Of a stretch of DNA of 64,000 bases, positions 26,821-37,449 are shown piece by piece. Under the pieces are notes generated by a model. It was given only the letters and a program-made list of their open reading frames with translations. It was not told the DNA's origin and ran no database searches. Source of the DNA: a virus (lineage: Duplodnaviria > Caudoviricetes); IMG/VR virus record IMGVR_UViG_642973577_000001, positions 32,001 to 96,000 of that record. One strand, given 5' to 3'. The position numbers and the translations under genes are program-made. Position 1 is the stretch's first letter. Each line of letters starts with the position of its first letter.

Positions 26821-29682
26821 ATGACGGCGCGGGAAGTTACCAGCCATCTCGACGTCCCGCAGACCCCTACCGCACCAGGTCACGCAGCCTCCAAGAAGTA
26901 CGTTGACGACCAGATCGCGGGCGTGGTCTCCGGGTCGGTCTCGATGGACTCCATCGACGGCCTGATCCCGGCACTCAACGCCAAGATGGACAAGTCCTTG
27001 GTCGACGCCAAGGGTGACATCCTGATCGGCACCGCCGACAACACCCCCGGACGCCTGGCGGTCGGCACCAACGGACAGGTCCTCAAGGCCAACAGCGGAG
27101 CCACCAACGGCCTGGAGTGGGGCAACCTGGACAAGGCCGCTGTGGGCCTGGCCAACGTCGACAACACCTCCGACGCGGCCAAGCCGATCAGCACCGCCCA
27201 GGCCGCAGGACTGCAGGCCCGGTTCATGACCGGCACCTCCCCTACGGCCCAGACGACCGTGGCCAAGACGGTCAGCCTGGACAGCCCCTGGACCAGCATC
27301 ACCCCGGCGGCGGGCGACTGGCTGCTGATCCGCTACACCAACGGCGCGGTCGCTTCCGGTATGACGCTGGCCGTCAACGGCGGCACCGCTCGCGCCGTGC
27401 GTGGCCCGGACGGCAGCACCTCGAACCTGGCCATCCGCGTGGGCACCAACCAGGCGATGCTGTACTACTTCGACGGCACCTACTTCCAGCAGATGGGTGC
27501 CAGCCGCAACGACACCTACGCCGCCATCACGCAGGCGCAGATTGTCAACGCCGCCGACACCACGGCCACCCTGATCACCGGCCAGCGCGCCGAGGACCTG
27601 ATGGCTAACGAGGCCACCAAGACGCGCACGCTGCAGAACAAGACGATCAACGGCGCGAACAACACCCTGGTCGTCCCGCAGAGCCAGGTCACCAACCTGA
27701 CCGCCGACCTGGGCAACAAGGCCGACGCCGCCCCGACAGCATCCGGCGACGTGCTGAACAAGCAGACGCTGCAGACTCACCCCGAGGCGGGTGTGTTCAG
27801 CAACATCACCCACACCCTCAACGACCTGTCGTTCAATGACCTGCGCGGCGGCTCGGTCACCTACTCGCTCAACGGCGCGCCGACGGTCCCCGGCAGCATG
27901 GGACCCAACGCCCCGTTCCGCAACAACGTCGAGTTCGCAGGCATCCTGATCGGTGCCGCCAACGACGTCGTGGTGATCGAGGTGACCACCCACAAGGCCT
28001 TCCGGTACACCTGCTGGTGCGGCATCGTCATGTCGACCAACTGGGCCGCTCGCGACGTCACCATGGAGGTCTACGACACCAACGCGGGCGTCTGGCGGCA
28101 GATCTATCAGGCGCTCGGCGCGGTCAACGAGGGCATCCACCAGGCCAACGCGGCGGGCCAGGTCCCCGGCGGCAACGACATCACCAAGATCCGCTACACC
28201 CTGACCAACTTCGCCACGCCGGGGCAGACCTTCCGCATCACCAGCCTGTTCCTGATCAACTACGCCTCCGGCCTGCTCACCGAGGGCTTCCTGCCCCGCG
28301 ACGGCGGCGCGATCTACGGACCCATCACCACGCCGACCAACCCGGCCACGGCGGACGCGCTGGCCCGCAAGGGCTACGTCGACACCAAGGAGCCAGCCAT
28401 CGCGGCGGGCACCACCGACAAGTTCTGGCGCGGCGACAAGACCTGGCAAACGATCCCGATCCCCACGCGGGCCAGCCTGGGCATCGAGAACGTCGACAAC
28501 ACCAGCGACATCAACAAGCCGGTGAGCACGGCGCAGGCCGCTGCCATCAGCACCGCCGTCACCAATGAGCGCACAGCCGCCCGGACGCTGACGAACGCCA
28601 CGATCCGGTACAACGAAAACACCCTGATCGACATCCCGGCTGCGTACGAGGAGAACCTGTTCCGCACCAGCCTGTACACGGTGTCGCCGGAGTCGCGGGA
28701 CTTCACCCACATCCCGCACTTCTTCAACGACGTCGCCTACAACCTGGAACGCGGCGGCACGGTCACGGTGACCAAGAACGGCAGCATTCCTGTCGTCCAG
28801 GACTTCTCGAACTTCTTCTCGCCCGACGTCGCCAGCGTCAACCTCGGCGTGACCGATCCGGCCACCGACGTCTGGGTCATCGAGATCAATCTGTGCCGTG
28901 GCTTCGACTGGGTGGCCTGGTTCGGCATCGCCCAGCACCCGAACTACCGCGCCCGCGACATCAAGCTGGAGCGGTTCAACGTGACCAGCAACGCCTGGAC
29001 CACGGTCTTCGACGTCCAGAATCAGGGCACGGGCGTCACCAAGTGGCAGGACTCCGGGTGGGGCGGCAGCGATGCCGTGACCAAGCTCCGCTACACGCTC
29101 AAGAACCTGGTCACCACCGACTTCCGTATCACCAATCTGTTCGCCCTGGCCTACGACTCGCAGCTGCTCAGCAGCGGCTTCGTGCCCAAGGGTGGCGGCG
29201 AGCTGTACGGACCGCTGAGCTACGGCCAGAGTCCCACCTCACCCGAGCACCTGGCGAACAAGGACTACGTGGACGACGCCATCGCGCTGGCGGCTCCAGA
29301 GCGCACCTGGGCACCTGAAATGGTGATCAACTCCGGGGCGCTGGCTGACGGCTACAACGACATGCCAGGCGGCATCTCGGTCGAGCCTGGTCCGAACGCC
29401 AACGGTGTCTTCCTGGACTCGGTGTGGGTCCGCCTGGGTAGCATCGGCTCGACTGTGGGCACCGGCTCGGCGCTGTTCAGCGTCTATGTTGGCACCAAGA
29501 ACACCCAGGGCACGCTGGTCTCCTCGGTCACCCTGCCGGTCGGCAGCCAGGACCAGGTAGCTGTGCTGGGCACCCCGTACTCGTGTGCGGCCAACGCCGT
29601 CGTGCGCGTCTACGTGACCGTCGGTACCGCCGTGATCACCGGCCCGGTCCACTTCCAGTGCCGAGGGAGGTACAAGGGCTAA
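26821..29682 (+). CDS. Tail fibre / receptor-binding protein with a tandem-duplicated domain
   Basis: K.YVD and NVDNTSD..KP.STAQ fibre repeats; two ~190-aa homologous modules. Confidence 0.78.
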   Translation: MTAREVTSHLDVPQTPTAPGHAASKKYVDDQIAGVVSGSVSMDSIDGLIPALNAKMDKSLVDAKGDILIGTADNTPGRLAVGTNGQVLKANSGATNGLEWGNLDKAAVGLANVDNTSDAAKPISTAQAAGLQARFMTGTSPTAQTTVAKTVSLDSPWTSITPAAGDWLLIRYTNGAVASGMTLAVNGGTARAVRGPDGSTSNLAIRVGTNQAMLYYFDGTYFQQMGASRNDTYAAITQAQIVNAADTTATLITGQRAEDLMANEATKTRTLQNKTINGANNTLVVPQSQVTNLTADLGNKADAAPTASGDVLNKQTLQTHPEAGVFSNITHTLNDLSFNDLRGGSVTYSLNGAPTVPGSMGPNAPFRNNVEFAGILIGAANDVVVIEVTTHKAFRYTCWCGIVMSTNWAARDVTMEVYDTNAGVWRQIYQALGAVNEGIHQANAAGQVPGGNDITKIRYTLTNFATPGQTFRITSLFLINYASGLLTEGFLPRDGGAIYGPITTPTNPATADALARKGYVDTKEPAIAAGTTDKFWRGDKTWQTIPIPTRASLGIENVDNTSDINKPVSTAQAAAISTAVTNERTAARTLTNATIRYNENTLIDIPAAYEENLFRTSLYTVSPESRDFTHIPHFFNDVAYNLERGGTVTVTKNGSIPVVQDFSNFFSPDVASVNLGVTDPATDVWVIEINLCRGFDWVAWFGIAQHPNYRARDIKLERFNVTSNAWTTVFDVQNQGTGVTKWQDSGWGGSDAVTKLRYTLKNLVTTDFRITNLFALAYDSQLLSSGFVPKGGGELYGPLSYGQSPTSPEHLANKDYVDDAIALAAPERTWAPEMVINSGALADGYNDMPGGISVEPGPNANGVFLDSVWVRLGSIGSTVGTGSALFSVYVGTKNTQGTLVSSVTLPVGSQDQVAVLGTPYSCAANAVVRVYVTVGTAVITGPVHFQCRGRYKG

Positions 29683-30509
29683 TGCCATGCGGAGTCACTA
29701 GGGTCACCAATGGAGTGACCATCACCTGCGACAACGCAGGAACGAGCACCCACGCGGGCCTGCACTCCGGCCTGCTGAACTACACCTTCTTCGGTCGCGT
29801 CTGGAGCAGCACGCGGGTCTACTGGTCGGGCGCTGTTTCGCGGGTGGTGGCCCAGAAGCCCGCCGTGCTCGGCGAGAGCGACTTCGTGATGCCATCCAAC
29901 CAGGGCACCGTCACCCAGGTCACCGGCATCACCGGAGCCGGTACGGCGGCGATCGACGAGACCACCCCTATCCAGATCCCCGGCCCGTACACCTTCGACC
30001 CGGAGAGCAACTGGAACTACCTGGACTACATCATCTGCGGCTCCGGCGGCGGAGGACACGGCGGTAACGGCGGCAATGGCCAGGACGGCTACGGTGGCCG
30101 CGCTGGCACCTGGCTCACCGGCACGCTGACCAAGGGCACACACATTCATGCGGTGCCCCAGATCAGCGGCGTCCTCGGCGACGGCGGCGCTGGTTCTCCC
30201 AGCAAGGAGAAGGCCGGTTACGACGGCGAGGCGACCACATTCACCTACCTGGACCCCGCAGGCGTGCGCCAGACCATCACCGTGCCCGGTGGCCTCAAGG
30301 GACCCGGCTACGGCACCAACACAGGCCTGTCGCCAGGAAACCAGACCTACAACGGCGTCACCTACGAGGGCGGCGCGACCGCTGGCGAAGAGGTTCTGGG
30401 CAAGGCACCTGGCGGAGGTGGCGGAGGTGGCCACGGTGGTCTGTGGACCGACGGCGGACCCGGCAAGAAGGGCGGTAGGGCACAGATCTGGTTCCGGGTG
30501 CGCACGTGA
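29682..30509 (+). CDS. Glycine-rich minor tail protein
   Basis: GSGGGGHGG..GGGGGGG pattern; TAATG coupling. Confidence 0.75.
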   Translation: MPCGVTRVTNGVTITCDNAGTSTHAGLHSGLLNYTFFGRVWSSTRVYWSGAVSRVVAQKPAVLGESDFVMPSNQGTVTQVTGITGAGTAAIDETTPIQIPGPYTFDPESNWNYLDYIICGSGGGGHGGNGGNGQDGYGGRAGTWLTGTLTKGTHIHAVPQISGVLGDGGAGSPSKEKAGYDGEATTFTYLDPAGVRQTITVPGGLKGPGYGTNTGLSPGNQTYNGVTYEGGATAGEEVLGKAPGGGGGGGHGGLWTDGGPGKKGGRAQIWFRVRT

Positions 30510-31960
30510 GCAGGATGATCACCAGAGGGATGGGAGGCGGCGGCGCGTATCCCCGCAATCTGTTCATCGGCGCGACAGGTGCCGAGGACACCTCGTGTCC
30601 GCTCCCGGATCACCAGATGTGGGACGTCATCATCGTGTTCGCTTTCCGCGACACCGCCGCGACTCAGCCGACGCTGCCAGCTGGCTTCACCGAGATCCCG
30701 GCGGCGGGCAAGAGCGGCAACACCTGCGCCTCCCGTGTCGGCTGGAAGTGGGCGGCAGGCAGCTCTGAGACCAGCGGAACCTGGACCGGTGCCACTCTGG
30801 TCATGGCGCAGGTCTGGCGCACCTCCGGTATTCCGGGCGCGGCCAACGGTCTGAACGGCACGTCGGCCACAGTTAACTACCCGGCGCTAACCTTCCAGCA
30901 GACCAACGGGCGCGCTGCGCTAGTGGCCTTCGGCGCACACCGCAGCTTCAACGCCACGATGAATGTCGCGCCTGGCACCTTGAGTCCCGGTGGCGCGGTC
31001 GAGGGTGCGGCTAACGACGGCGCATCCTTCTACGGCCTGCAGCGGTCCACGTGGGCCAGCACCAACGCAGTGACCACGGAGACCTCTAGCGGATACTGCA
31101 CAGCAGTCATCGAGCTGGGAGACCCTCTGATCTGGGAGAACGTCAGCGTCAGCAACTTCCCGACGCCTCCGGGCAAGGACGCCATCGTCACCGCGATCGG
31201 TGGTGGCGGTGGAGGTGCCGGTGCTCCCCCACGCAACGGCTCCACCCGGCCATCGGGTTACGGCGGCGGTGGTGGTGGTGGTGGAGGCTACTACAAGATC
31301 CGCATCCCGGCTGCCTACATCGCGACCGGCATCACCATGGCTCAAGGTGCCGGTGGAGCAGCCGTCGGTACTGGCACCAACGGCAACGCGGGCGGGGCGT
31401 CCGGTGTGGTGTCCAACGGCATCACCTGGGCCGCGCTGGGCGGTAGCGGCGGCACACAGGGCATGGACCCTCTGGGTGGCGCTGGCGGCGGTACCAGCAT
31501 CCCCGGAGAAGGCACTGTGGTGCCCGTACTCGCCAAGGAGAACGGTGCAGGTGGCGGACGCGGGTCGACGAGCCAGGCGACCGCTGGAGCGGGCACCAAC
31601 AGCACCCTGGCCGGTGCCGGTGGTGGTGGTGGTGGATCGAACCTCACCAACGTCTACAACGGCGGCAACGGCGGCAGCTCGGCCAACGCCGCTGGTGGTG
31701 CTGGCGGTGTAGGCAACGCCGACGCTGGTGATCCCGGTGGCAACGTGACCGACCTCGGACCATTCGGTGGTGGTGGCGGCGGTGGTGGTGCCGGTGGCTC
31801 TGGCTCCAGCACCGCCGGTCGAGGCGCTCTTGGTGGCGCATGGGGCGGTGGCGGCGGTGGCGGCGGCGGTAAGGAAGGCTCGTTCTCCGGTGCAGCTAAC
31901 GGCGCTAACGGTGGTCAGGTCGGATACGTTCGGGTCGAGTTCGTGGATGCAGCGGCCTAA
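30506..31960 (+). CDS. Glycine-rich minor tail protein
   Basis: AIGGGGGG.. poly-Gly domain; GTGA coupling. Confidence 0.75.
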   Translation: MSRMITRGMGGGGAYPRNLFIGATGAEDTSCPLPDHQMWDVIIVFAFRDTAATQPTLPAGFTEIPAAGKSGNTCASRVGWKWAAGSSETSGTWTGATLVMAQVWRTSGIPGAANGLNGTSATVNYPALTFQQTNGRAALVAFGAHRSFNATMNVAPGTLSPGGAVEGAANDGASFYGLQRSTWASTNAVTTETSSGYCTAVIELGDPLIWENVSVSNFPTPPGKDAIVTAIGGGGGGAGAPPRNGSTRPSGYGGGGGGGGGYYKIRIPAAYIATGITMAQGAGGAAVGTGTNGNAGGASGVVSNGITWAALGGSGGTQGMDPLGGAGGGTSIPGEGTVVPVLAKENGAGGGRGSTSQATAGAGTNSTLAGAGGGGGGSNLTNVYNGGNGGSSANAAGGAGGVGNADAGDPGGNVTDLGPFGGGGGGGGAGGSGSSTAGRGALGGAWGGGGGGGGGKEGSFSGAANGANGGQVGYVRVEFVDAAA

Positions 31961-31961
31961 C

Positions 31962-31997
31962 CCTGTGGCCCGTGCGCTGAGCCTCCAGAAGAGGTGA
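31962..31997 (+). promoter_or_regulatory. Candidate late promoter
   Basis: CCTGT-19 nt-CAGAAGAGGTGA. Confidence 0.62.
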
Positions 31998-32036
31998 GGG
32001 CTACCCGTCCTCTCCTACTAGTGAAGGAGACCAGGA

Positions 32037-32651
32037 GTGACTACTCCAACCGCGCAGCGGAAGTCCCTGCGCCAGCTTCGTGAGTCCAGCGGCACGCTGT
32101 TCGCCAAGAACAACACCCCGCACAAGATCACGTGCAACACCGAGCAGGTCAGCTTCGAGCTGGAGCCTGCTGGCTACGACGACTCGATCCGCATCGTCCC
32201 GAAGGAGTGCCTCAACGTCCCCGGCTTCCAGCGCCTGTGGATGAAGAAGCACGTCACCATCAGCGACGACGAGGAGATGGAGAACGAGATCACCCTGCTC
32301 ATGGGTGGGCAGGTCGAGGTCTCGTCCATCAAGCCGGTTCAGGTCCAGCTGGAGGACGGCACCTGGGTCGAGCAGGAGGCCACCATCGTGCAGCCGCAGG
32401 GCAGCAACGCGATGACGGTCCCGGTCGACAACGACCCGACCAGCCGTACCTACGGCCAGACCAAGACCACCCGCTGCATCGTCGGCGGGGAACAGATCTT
32501 CCAGAGCGAGCGGGACGTCGCCGAAGGCGTTGCTCCGCTGTGCCCGGAACACCAGAGCGAGTCGCACCGTGTCGTGTCGACTCCACAGGCCGACGGCAGC
32601 TGGACGCACCAGCTGTCCGTCATCGAGGCTCCGCAGCGGGGACTCAGCTAG
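32037..32651 (+). CDS. Hypothetical (probable virion/assembly) protein
   Basis: 204 aa, AAGGAG RBS. Confidence 0.72.
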   Translation: MTTPTAQRKSLRQLRESSGTLFAKNNTPHKITCNTEQVSFELEPAGYDDSIRIVPKECLNVPGFQRLWMKKHVTISDDEEMENEITLLMGGQVEVSSIKPVQVQLEDGTWVEQEATIVQPQGSNAMTVPVDNDPTSRTYGQTKTTRCIVGGEQIFQSERDVAEGVAPLCPEHQSESHRVVSTPQADGSWTHQLSVIEAPQRGLS

Positions 32652-32666
32652 TAATCAGGAGGCAGC

Positions 32667-32939
32667 ATGTCGATGTACGACCGGCCCAAGCTGACGCACC
32701 AGATCCGTCAGTTCGACCGCAACCCCGGCAAGGGAGAGTCTATCCTCTCCGCCGTGGCTCAGCCGTCAGCGGCTGCTGTCGTGGCCGAGAACAACTCGCT
32801 CCAGCGGGCGCGGGAGACCGGCGTGGACGAGCCACGCAACCCGCGTCCCGAGGTGTACGCACACCGGGACTACTACCGCAACGAGTTCGACTCGATCTCG
32901 ATCAAGAAGCGGCCTGACCTGGACGAGGGCGTTCTTTAA
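32667..32939 (+). CDS. Hypothetical protein
   Basis: 90 aa, AGGAGG RBS. Confidence 0.7.
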   Translation: MSMYDRPKLTHQIRQFDRNPGKGESILSAVAQPSAAAVVAENNSLQRARETGVDEPRNPRPEVYAHRDYYRNEFDSISIKKRPDLDEGVL

Positions 32940-33018
32940 GCCCAGCGCAGGTGACCCGGTGTGTCTCTCACGACCACACCGGGTCCCTGTTGCTGTCATG
33001 ACCGACTAGGAGGACCAG

Positions 33019-34629
33019 GTGTCGATTCTGTATCCGGGCACCCCGGAGGCTCCGGCGTTCGACACGTTCCACGTGCCGACCCTGCCGGAGGACACGCCGC
33101 TGGCCCAGGCCGGTCCGGGCAACGACCGCAACCTCACCGAGTCGATCGAGGACCTCGGTGACGCGGTGGAGCAGCTGGAGCGTGGCGCGAGCTTCCGCGA
33201 CCACGACCACAGCGGCGACAGCACGCACATCCGCAAGGGCAGCAAGCTCAAGGCGGTCAACACCCACGAGGAGGTCCTGGTCGACGCGCCTGGCGCGATC
33301 CACCGGACCGTAGGCCCAGGCCAGCACCAGGCCGCTGCGGGCAACCACACCCACGACTACGACGGCGGCTCGATCCTCAACGTGCCGTTCAAGATCTGCA
33401 CCAGCAACACCCGACCCGGCCAGCCGGTCGAGGGCATGGTGATCTACGAGAAGGACACCAAGGCCTTCCGGCAGTGGGCGCTGTTCGCCAACAACGTCGT
33501 GGTCGACGGCTTCAACACCCTCTACGAGTTCGACACCGTGTCGACGCTCGGCGTCGGCGGCACGGGCTGGACCCAGAGCTACTCGGGCAACGACACCAAG
33601 GGCAAGATGACCACCCCGGCGGGCGCGCTGGTGTGGGTCGACAACGGCAACGAGCGCAACCGCTCGTGGGCACGTCGCGCCGAGACCACCCAGACCGACG
33701 ACCAGGTGTTCACCTGGATGACCGGCTCGACGGTGATCGAGGAGACGCTGCTGTTCACCGAGAGCGCGTCCAACGACTGGTACTTCCGCGTCAGCGCCGA
33801 CGAGCAGTCCTACCTCCGGCTCATCGTCGGCAACGACTGGGTGGCGGTCAACTGGACCTCCACCGGTCGGGCGAACGAGAAGGAGCTGGGTCGCCTCAAC
33901 AACATCAACACCGACATCCCGAACACGCAGTGGCGTGCGCAGATGGTCGGTCGCGAGCTGCAGATCTTCCGCGCTGGCGAGCTGCTCGGCACGATCAAGG
34001 ACACCCAGAACGTCACCAGCAAGGGCGCGAACTTCCGAGGCTTCATGATCGGCATGGAGGCCGGTGTGCGCGGCTTCGGCCAGACCACGCCAGGCCACAT
34101 CCTGTGGTGGCGCGTGCAGGACCTCCGGTACTACCAGAGCACCAACCGCTGGACCCTGCTGCCGCTGGGAGCCACGCCGGTCACCCGGCTGCGCCAGTCC
34201 AAGACGCAGAAGCTGTTCAGCACCGGCACGATCCTGGAGTTCGCCGAGGAGCTGGAGGACAACTTCGGCTACTTCGACAAGAACGTCAGCCAGACCGACG
34301 TCGTGGTCAAGGAACCGGGCATGTACCGGGTCGAGGCCGCGCTGCAGTGGGACCCGCAGTTCGCCCCGGATCAGGCCCACGTCGTGGTGCTGATCAACGG
34401 TCTGGAGACCACCGTCCGGGACAGCAAGTACATCCGAGGCTCCGGCTTCACGCCAGGCTTCTCGCAGACGCTGAGCCTGGCCGCGCCGATCCGCCTGGCC
34501 GTCAACGACGTCGTGACGATCAAGGCCTACTACACCGCCGGTAACAGCATCATCGACAAGATCTTCTCGTTCTTCGACAGCAACTCCAAGGTGAACAGCC
34601 GACTCGATCTGACCTACACGGGACCGTAA
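33019..34629 (+). CDS. Minor tail/structural protein
   Basis: 536 aa, beta-rich, AAAGNHTH fibre-type motif. Confidence 0.7.
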   Translation: MSILYPGTPEAPAFDTFHVPTLPEDTPLAQAGPGNDRNLTESIEDLGDAVEQLERGASFRDHDHSGDSTHIRKGSKLKAVNTHEEVLVDAPGAIHRTVGPGQHQAAAGNHTHDYDGGSILNVPFKICTSNTRPGQPVEGMVIYEKDTKAFRQWALFANNVVVDGFNTLYEFDTVSTLGVGGTGWTQSYSGNDTKGKMTTPAGALVWVDNGNERNRSWARRAETTQTDDQVFTWMTGSTVIEETLLFTESASNDWYFRVSADEQSYLRLIVGNDWVAVNWTSTGRANEKELGRLNNINTDIPNTQWRAQMVGRELQIFRAGELLGTIKDTQNVTSKGANFRGFMIGMEAGVRGFGQTTPGHILWWRVQDLRYYQSTNRWTLLPLGATPVTRLRQSKTQKLFSTGTILEFAEELEDNFGYFDKNVSQTDVVVKEPGMYRVEAALQWDPQFAPDQAHVVVLINGLETTVRDSKYIRGSGFTPGFSQTLSLAAPIRLAVNDVVTIKAYYTAGNSIIDKIFSFFDSNSKVNSRLDLTYTGP

Positions 34630-35618
34630 TGACCATCCCCCAGGGCTACTCCCCCAAGCTGCGAGACCACTCAGTGGCTCGCAAGTTCGTCGCGCAGAAC
34701 AGCCGTGGCTATCTGGCGCTGGGCATCTTCGACGCAGCAGGCAACCCGGTTGATCCGGCATCCGGCACGCTGCGGCTGAGCGTGTTCTTCGACGACCTGT
34801 CGGGCATGAGCACAGACCCCCGTGGTGAGCTGATCGTCAGCGTCGACCACGTGTCGATCGTGCGCGATGACGTGGGCCTGTACCACTACGACGTCGGCCC
34901 GGAGTGGACGCAGAAGATCGGTCTGCTCAACGCCGAGTGGGCCTACACGGCTGCCGACAGCTCTGGCGAGTTCAAGTTCAACGACGCCATGCAGATCCAG
35001 GAGCAGATGCCGGAGTACGAGCGGCTGCGCCCGGAGGCCAAGCGCATCGTCGAGCAAGTCAGCTGGTTCTTCGGTGACCTGTTCGATTCGACCGCTGGTG
35101 GGCCGTGGCTCCAGGAGAACTACCAGACCCACTTCTCCTACGAGCGCATCGCCCAGATGAGCCAGCAGGCCGTCATGAAGTTCAACATGACCGGCTTCCC
35201 GGTGACCAGCTTCGGCGTCACGGTCGACGAGAAGAAGCTGCCGTCCAACCTCAGCCAGGTCATCGTCTGGGGCACCAAGCTGGAGTGCATCCGCCACCTG
35301 GCGCTGAGCTACACCGAGCAGCCGAACCTGATGAACGTCCAGACGAACATCACCGACCGGCGCGACTACCAGGACCGCTGGTACCGGGTACTGGAGGAGG
35401 AGACCCCCGACTACAAGCAGGCGGTCACCATGGCCAAGCGCGGGCTGCTGAGCCTGGGCCGTGGCTCGCTGCTGGTCTCCGGTGGCATCTACGGTGGCGG
35501 CATGAAGGGTGGCCTGTTCATCCCCGGTATGTACGCCGCCCAGACCCGTGCCTTCCGGTTCTACCCGGCCAGCTTCGGCGTCGGCATCGGCAACTACGCC
35601 ACGGGGGATGCCCGCTAG
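34629..35618 (+). CDS. Probable head-to-tail adaptor / neck protein
   Basis: Position before the sheath; Ig-like N-terminus, helical C-terminus. Confidence 0.6.
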   Translation: MTIPQGYSPKLRDHSVARKFVAQNSRGYLALGIFDAAGNPVDPASGTLRLSVFFDDLSGMSTDPRGELIVSVDHVSIVRDDVGLYHYDVGPEWTQKIGLLNAEWAYTAADSSGEFKFNDAMQIQEQMPEYERLRPEAKRIVEQVSWFFGDLFDSTAGGPWLQENYQTHFSYERIAQMSQQAVMKFNMTGFPVTSFGVTVDEKKLPSNLSQVIVWGTKLECIRHLALSYTEQPNLMNVQTNITDRRDYQDRWYRVLEEETPDYKQAVTMAKRGLLSLGRGSLLVSGGIYGGGMKGGLFIPGMYAAQTRAFRFYPASFGVGIGNYATGDAR

Positions 35619-36214
35619 TGCCACGCATCGACCTCGCCGAACCGTACGCGATCCGGTTTGCTCGCCAGAGCATCAAGGACGCGCTCATGATGCACGGCGA
35701 AGAATGCATCCTCATGCATATGTACCACGTCAACGACGTGCCGAAGGACCAGCCGCGCTGCGCCGCGTGCTACGACGACATCTACAAGCAGGGCGACAGC
35801 AGCCGCTGCACCCGTTGCTACGGCACCACCTACGACGGCGGCGTCAAGGAGTTCTGGCGGTCCTGGGCCATCTTCACCGACACCCAGGACCAGGAAGACA
35901 TGAACCGGCAGGGTGTCTGGCACCCGCGCCCCCGGTCGATCCACACCGAGTGGAAGCCCGACCTCTGGCAGCGCGACTACGTGATCCGCGTGGCCCGCTG
36001 GACCCCCGACCACCGGCCCGTGGAGATCGAGGGCATCTACACGTTCAAGGAGGTCAACAACGAGTCGCTGCGCACCGGCAACGTCTTCGGCCAGACCGAC
36101 TTCGACGCCATCAGCCAGCGCGGTGAGGTCGATCGCGTCTCCGAGCAGCTGCCGATCTACAAGTTCCCCGCGCTCGGTCGCGTGATCCCCCGCTACGACG
36201 GGAGGGTCCGCTGA
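35618..36214 (+). CDS. Probable neck/head-closure protein with CxxC pairs
   Basis: GTG overlapping the upstream TAG; RCAACY..RCTRCYGT. Confidence 0.65.
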   Translation: MPRIDLAEPYAIRFARQSIKDALMMHGEECILMHMYHVNDVPKDQPRCAACYDDIYKQGDSSRCTRCYGTTYDGGVKEFWRSWAIFTDTQDQEDMNRQGVWHPRPRSIHTEWKPDLWQRDYVIRVARWTPDHRPVEIEGIYTFKEVNNESLRTGNVFGQTDFDAISQRGEVDRVSEQLPIYKFPALGRVIPRYDGRVR

Positions 36215-36684
36215 TGCCTCTCGTAGGACTCCCGGCGCAGACCTGCGCCGTCATCAGCCAGATGGCCACCACCAAGGCCCGCCAGGACGTCATGGGACGC
36301 GGCTGGCGATCGGCTGGCGCGCTACAGCCCGTGAGCAATCAGGGCGAGGTCGGCATCCGGTCGACGATGAAGCACCTGTTGTACCAGAACAGTGGTGTGA
36401 AGTCGTTTCTCATGTACTGGGTGGAGGGCCGCACGGTTCCGATCACCGACAAGACCGGCACCCACTTCGTGCGCGGCAGGGAGGTCGGCAAGCCTGGCTA
36501 CGTCAACATCCCCGGACGCGGCAGGGTCTGGCGCAACCAGAAGTGGCGCTACCCCGGCCTGCAGCCGAAGAGGTTCATCGAGTCGTCCATCGCCCAGGCG
36601 GTCAAGGAGAACCGCGAGCTGATCCGTTCGTCGGTCATCCGGTCGGTCACTGAGGACAGGAGCAACATCCCATGGCTGACCTGA
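36214..36684 (+). CDS. Probable neck/tail-completion protein
   Basis: Basic 156-aa ORF, YPGLQPKRFI; synteny. Confidence 0.6.
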   Translation: MPLVGLPAQTCAVISQMATTKARQDVMGRGWRSAGALQPVSNQGEVGIRSTMKHLLYQNSGVKSFLMYWVEGRTVPITDKTGTHFVRGREVGKPGYVNIPGRGRVWRNQKWRYPGLQPKRFIESSIAQAVKENRELIRSSVIRSVTEDRSNIPWLT

Positions 36685-37391
36685 GAGTCAACGAGGAGTT
36701 CCCCGGCGGCGTCCCTGGCGGTCCGATCGAGCAGGTGAAGCGCGCCGTCATGGTGGCCATCAAGGAGGGCCTGCACGGTTCGACGATGGGCCACGAGATG
36801 AGCGACACCGACATCTCGGTCGAGATGGAATATCCGATGGAGGCCAAGCACTACCCCGGCATCTGGGTGCAGTTCAGCTTCACCGAGTTCACCAACGCGG
36901 GCATCGGCCACGAGATGCTGCACAAGGTCATCGAGAACCCCGGCACTCCGCAGGAGCGGATCAACTGGGAGACCGTCCGGGCGATCATGTTCAAGGGCAC
37001 CGTGAGCCTGTCGGTGGTGGCCCTGACCAACCTGGAGCGCGACCGGGTGTCCGATGCCCTGGTGACCATGCTGGCCTACGCCCGCCAGCCCGAGTACGTG
37101 CTGACCGACCCCAACCGCGACACCAAGCAGTTCCGGGGTCTGGCCACCGCGCTCAAGAACAACCCGTACGTGGCCATCATGATCAACCACGACGCCGTGA
37201 CCCCCGGCGGGCAGAGCGTCACACCTGGCGTCCCCTGGGACCCCGACACGCTCGGCTACGAGGACAGCTACAGCTTCGAGATCCTCGGCGAGTCGAACAT
37301 GGTCTTCCGCAACGACGGCACCTACACGCTGCGCGCTGTGGTCGACGAGGGACAGATGGTGGAGCCACCGAGCCGGTTCGACTGGCAGTGA
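36672..37391 (+). CDS. Probable tail terminator
   Basis: EYP..YPGIWV motif; directly upstream of the sheath. Confidence 0.6.
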   Translation: MADLRVNEEFPGGVPGGPIEQVKRAVMVAIKEGLHGSTMGHEMSDTDISVEMEYPMEAKHYPGIWVQFSFTEFTNAGIGHEMLHKVIENPGTPQERINWETVRAIMFKGTVSLSVVALTNLERDRVSDALVTMLAYARQPEYVLTDPNRDTKQFRGLATALKNNPYVAIMINHDAVTPGGQSVTPGVPWDPDTLGYEDSYSFEILGESNMVFRNDGTYTLRAVVDEGQMVEPPSRFDWQ

Positions 37392-37392
37392 C

Positions 37393-37429
37393 CCTGTGGG
37401 ACGCCCACCGAAGAACGAGAAGACATAGA
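37393..37429 (+). promoter_or_regulatory. Candidate late promoter
   Basis: CCTGT-19 nt-GAGAAGACATAGA. Confidence 0.58.
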
Positions 37430-37449
37430 GGCACGAAAGGACTCCAGAC

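Noticed and set aside
31195-31870. GGT/GGC tandem repeats as CRISPR or VNTR
   Set aside because: Poly-Gly codons within a glycine-rich tail protein.
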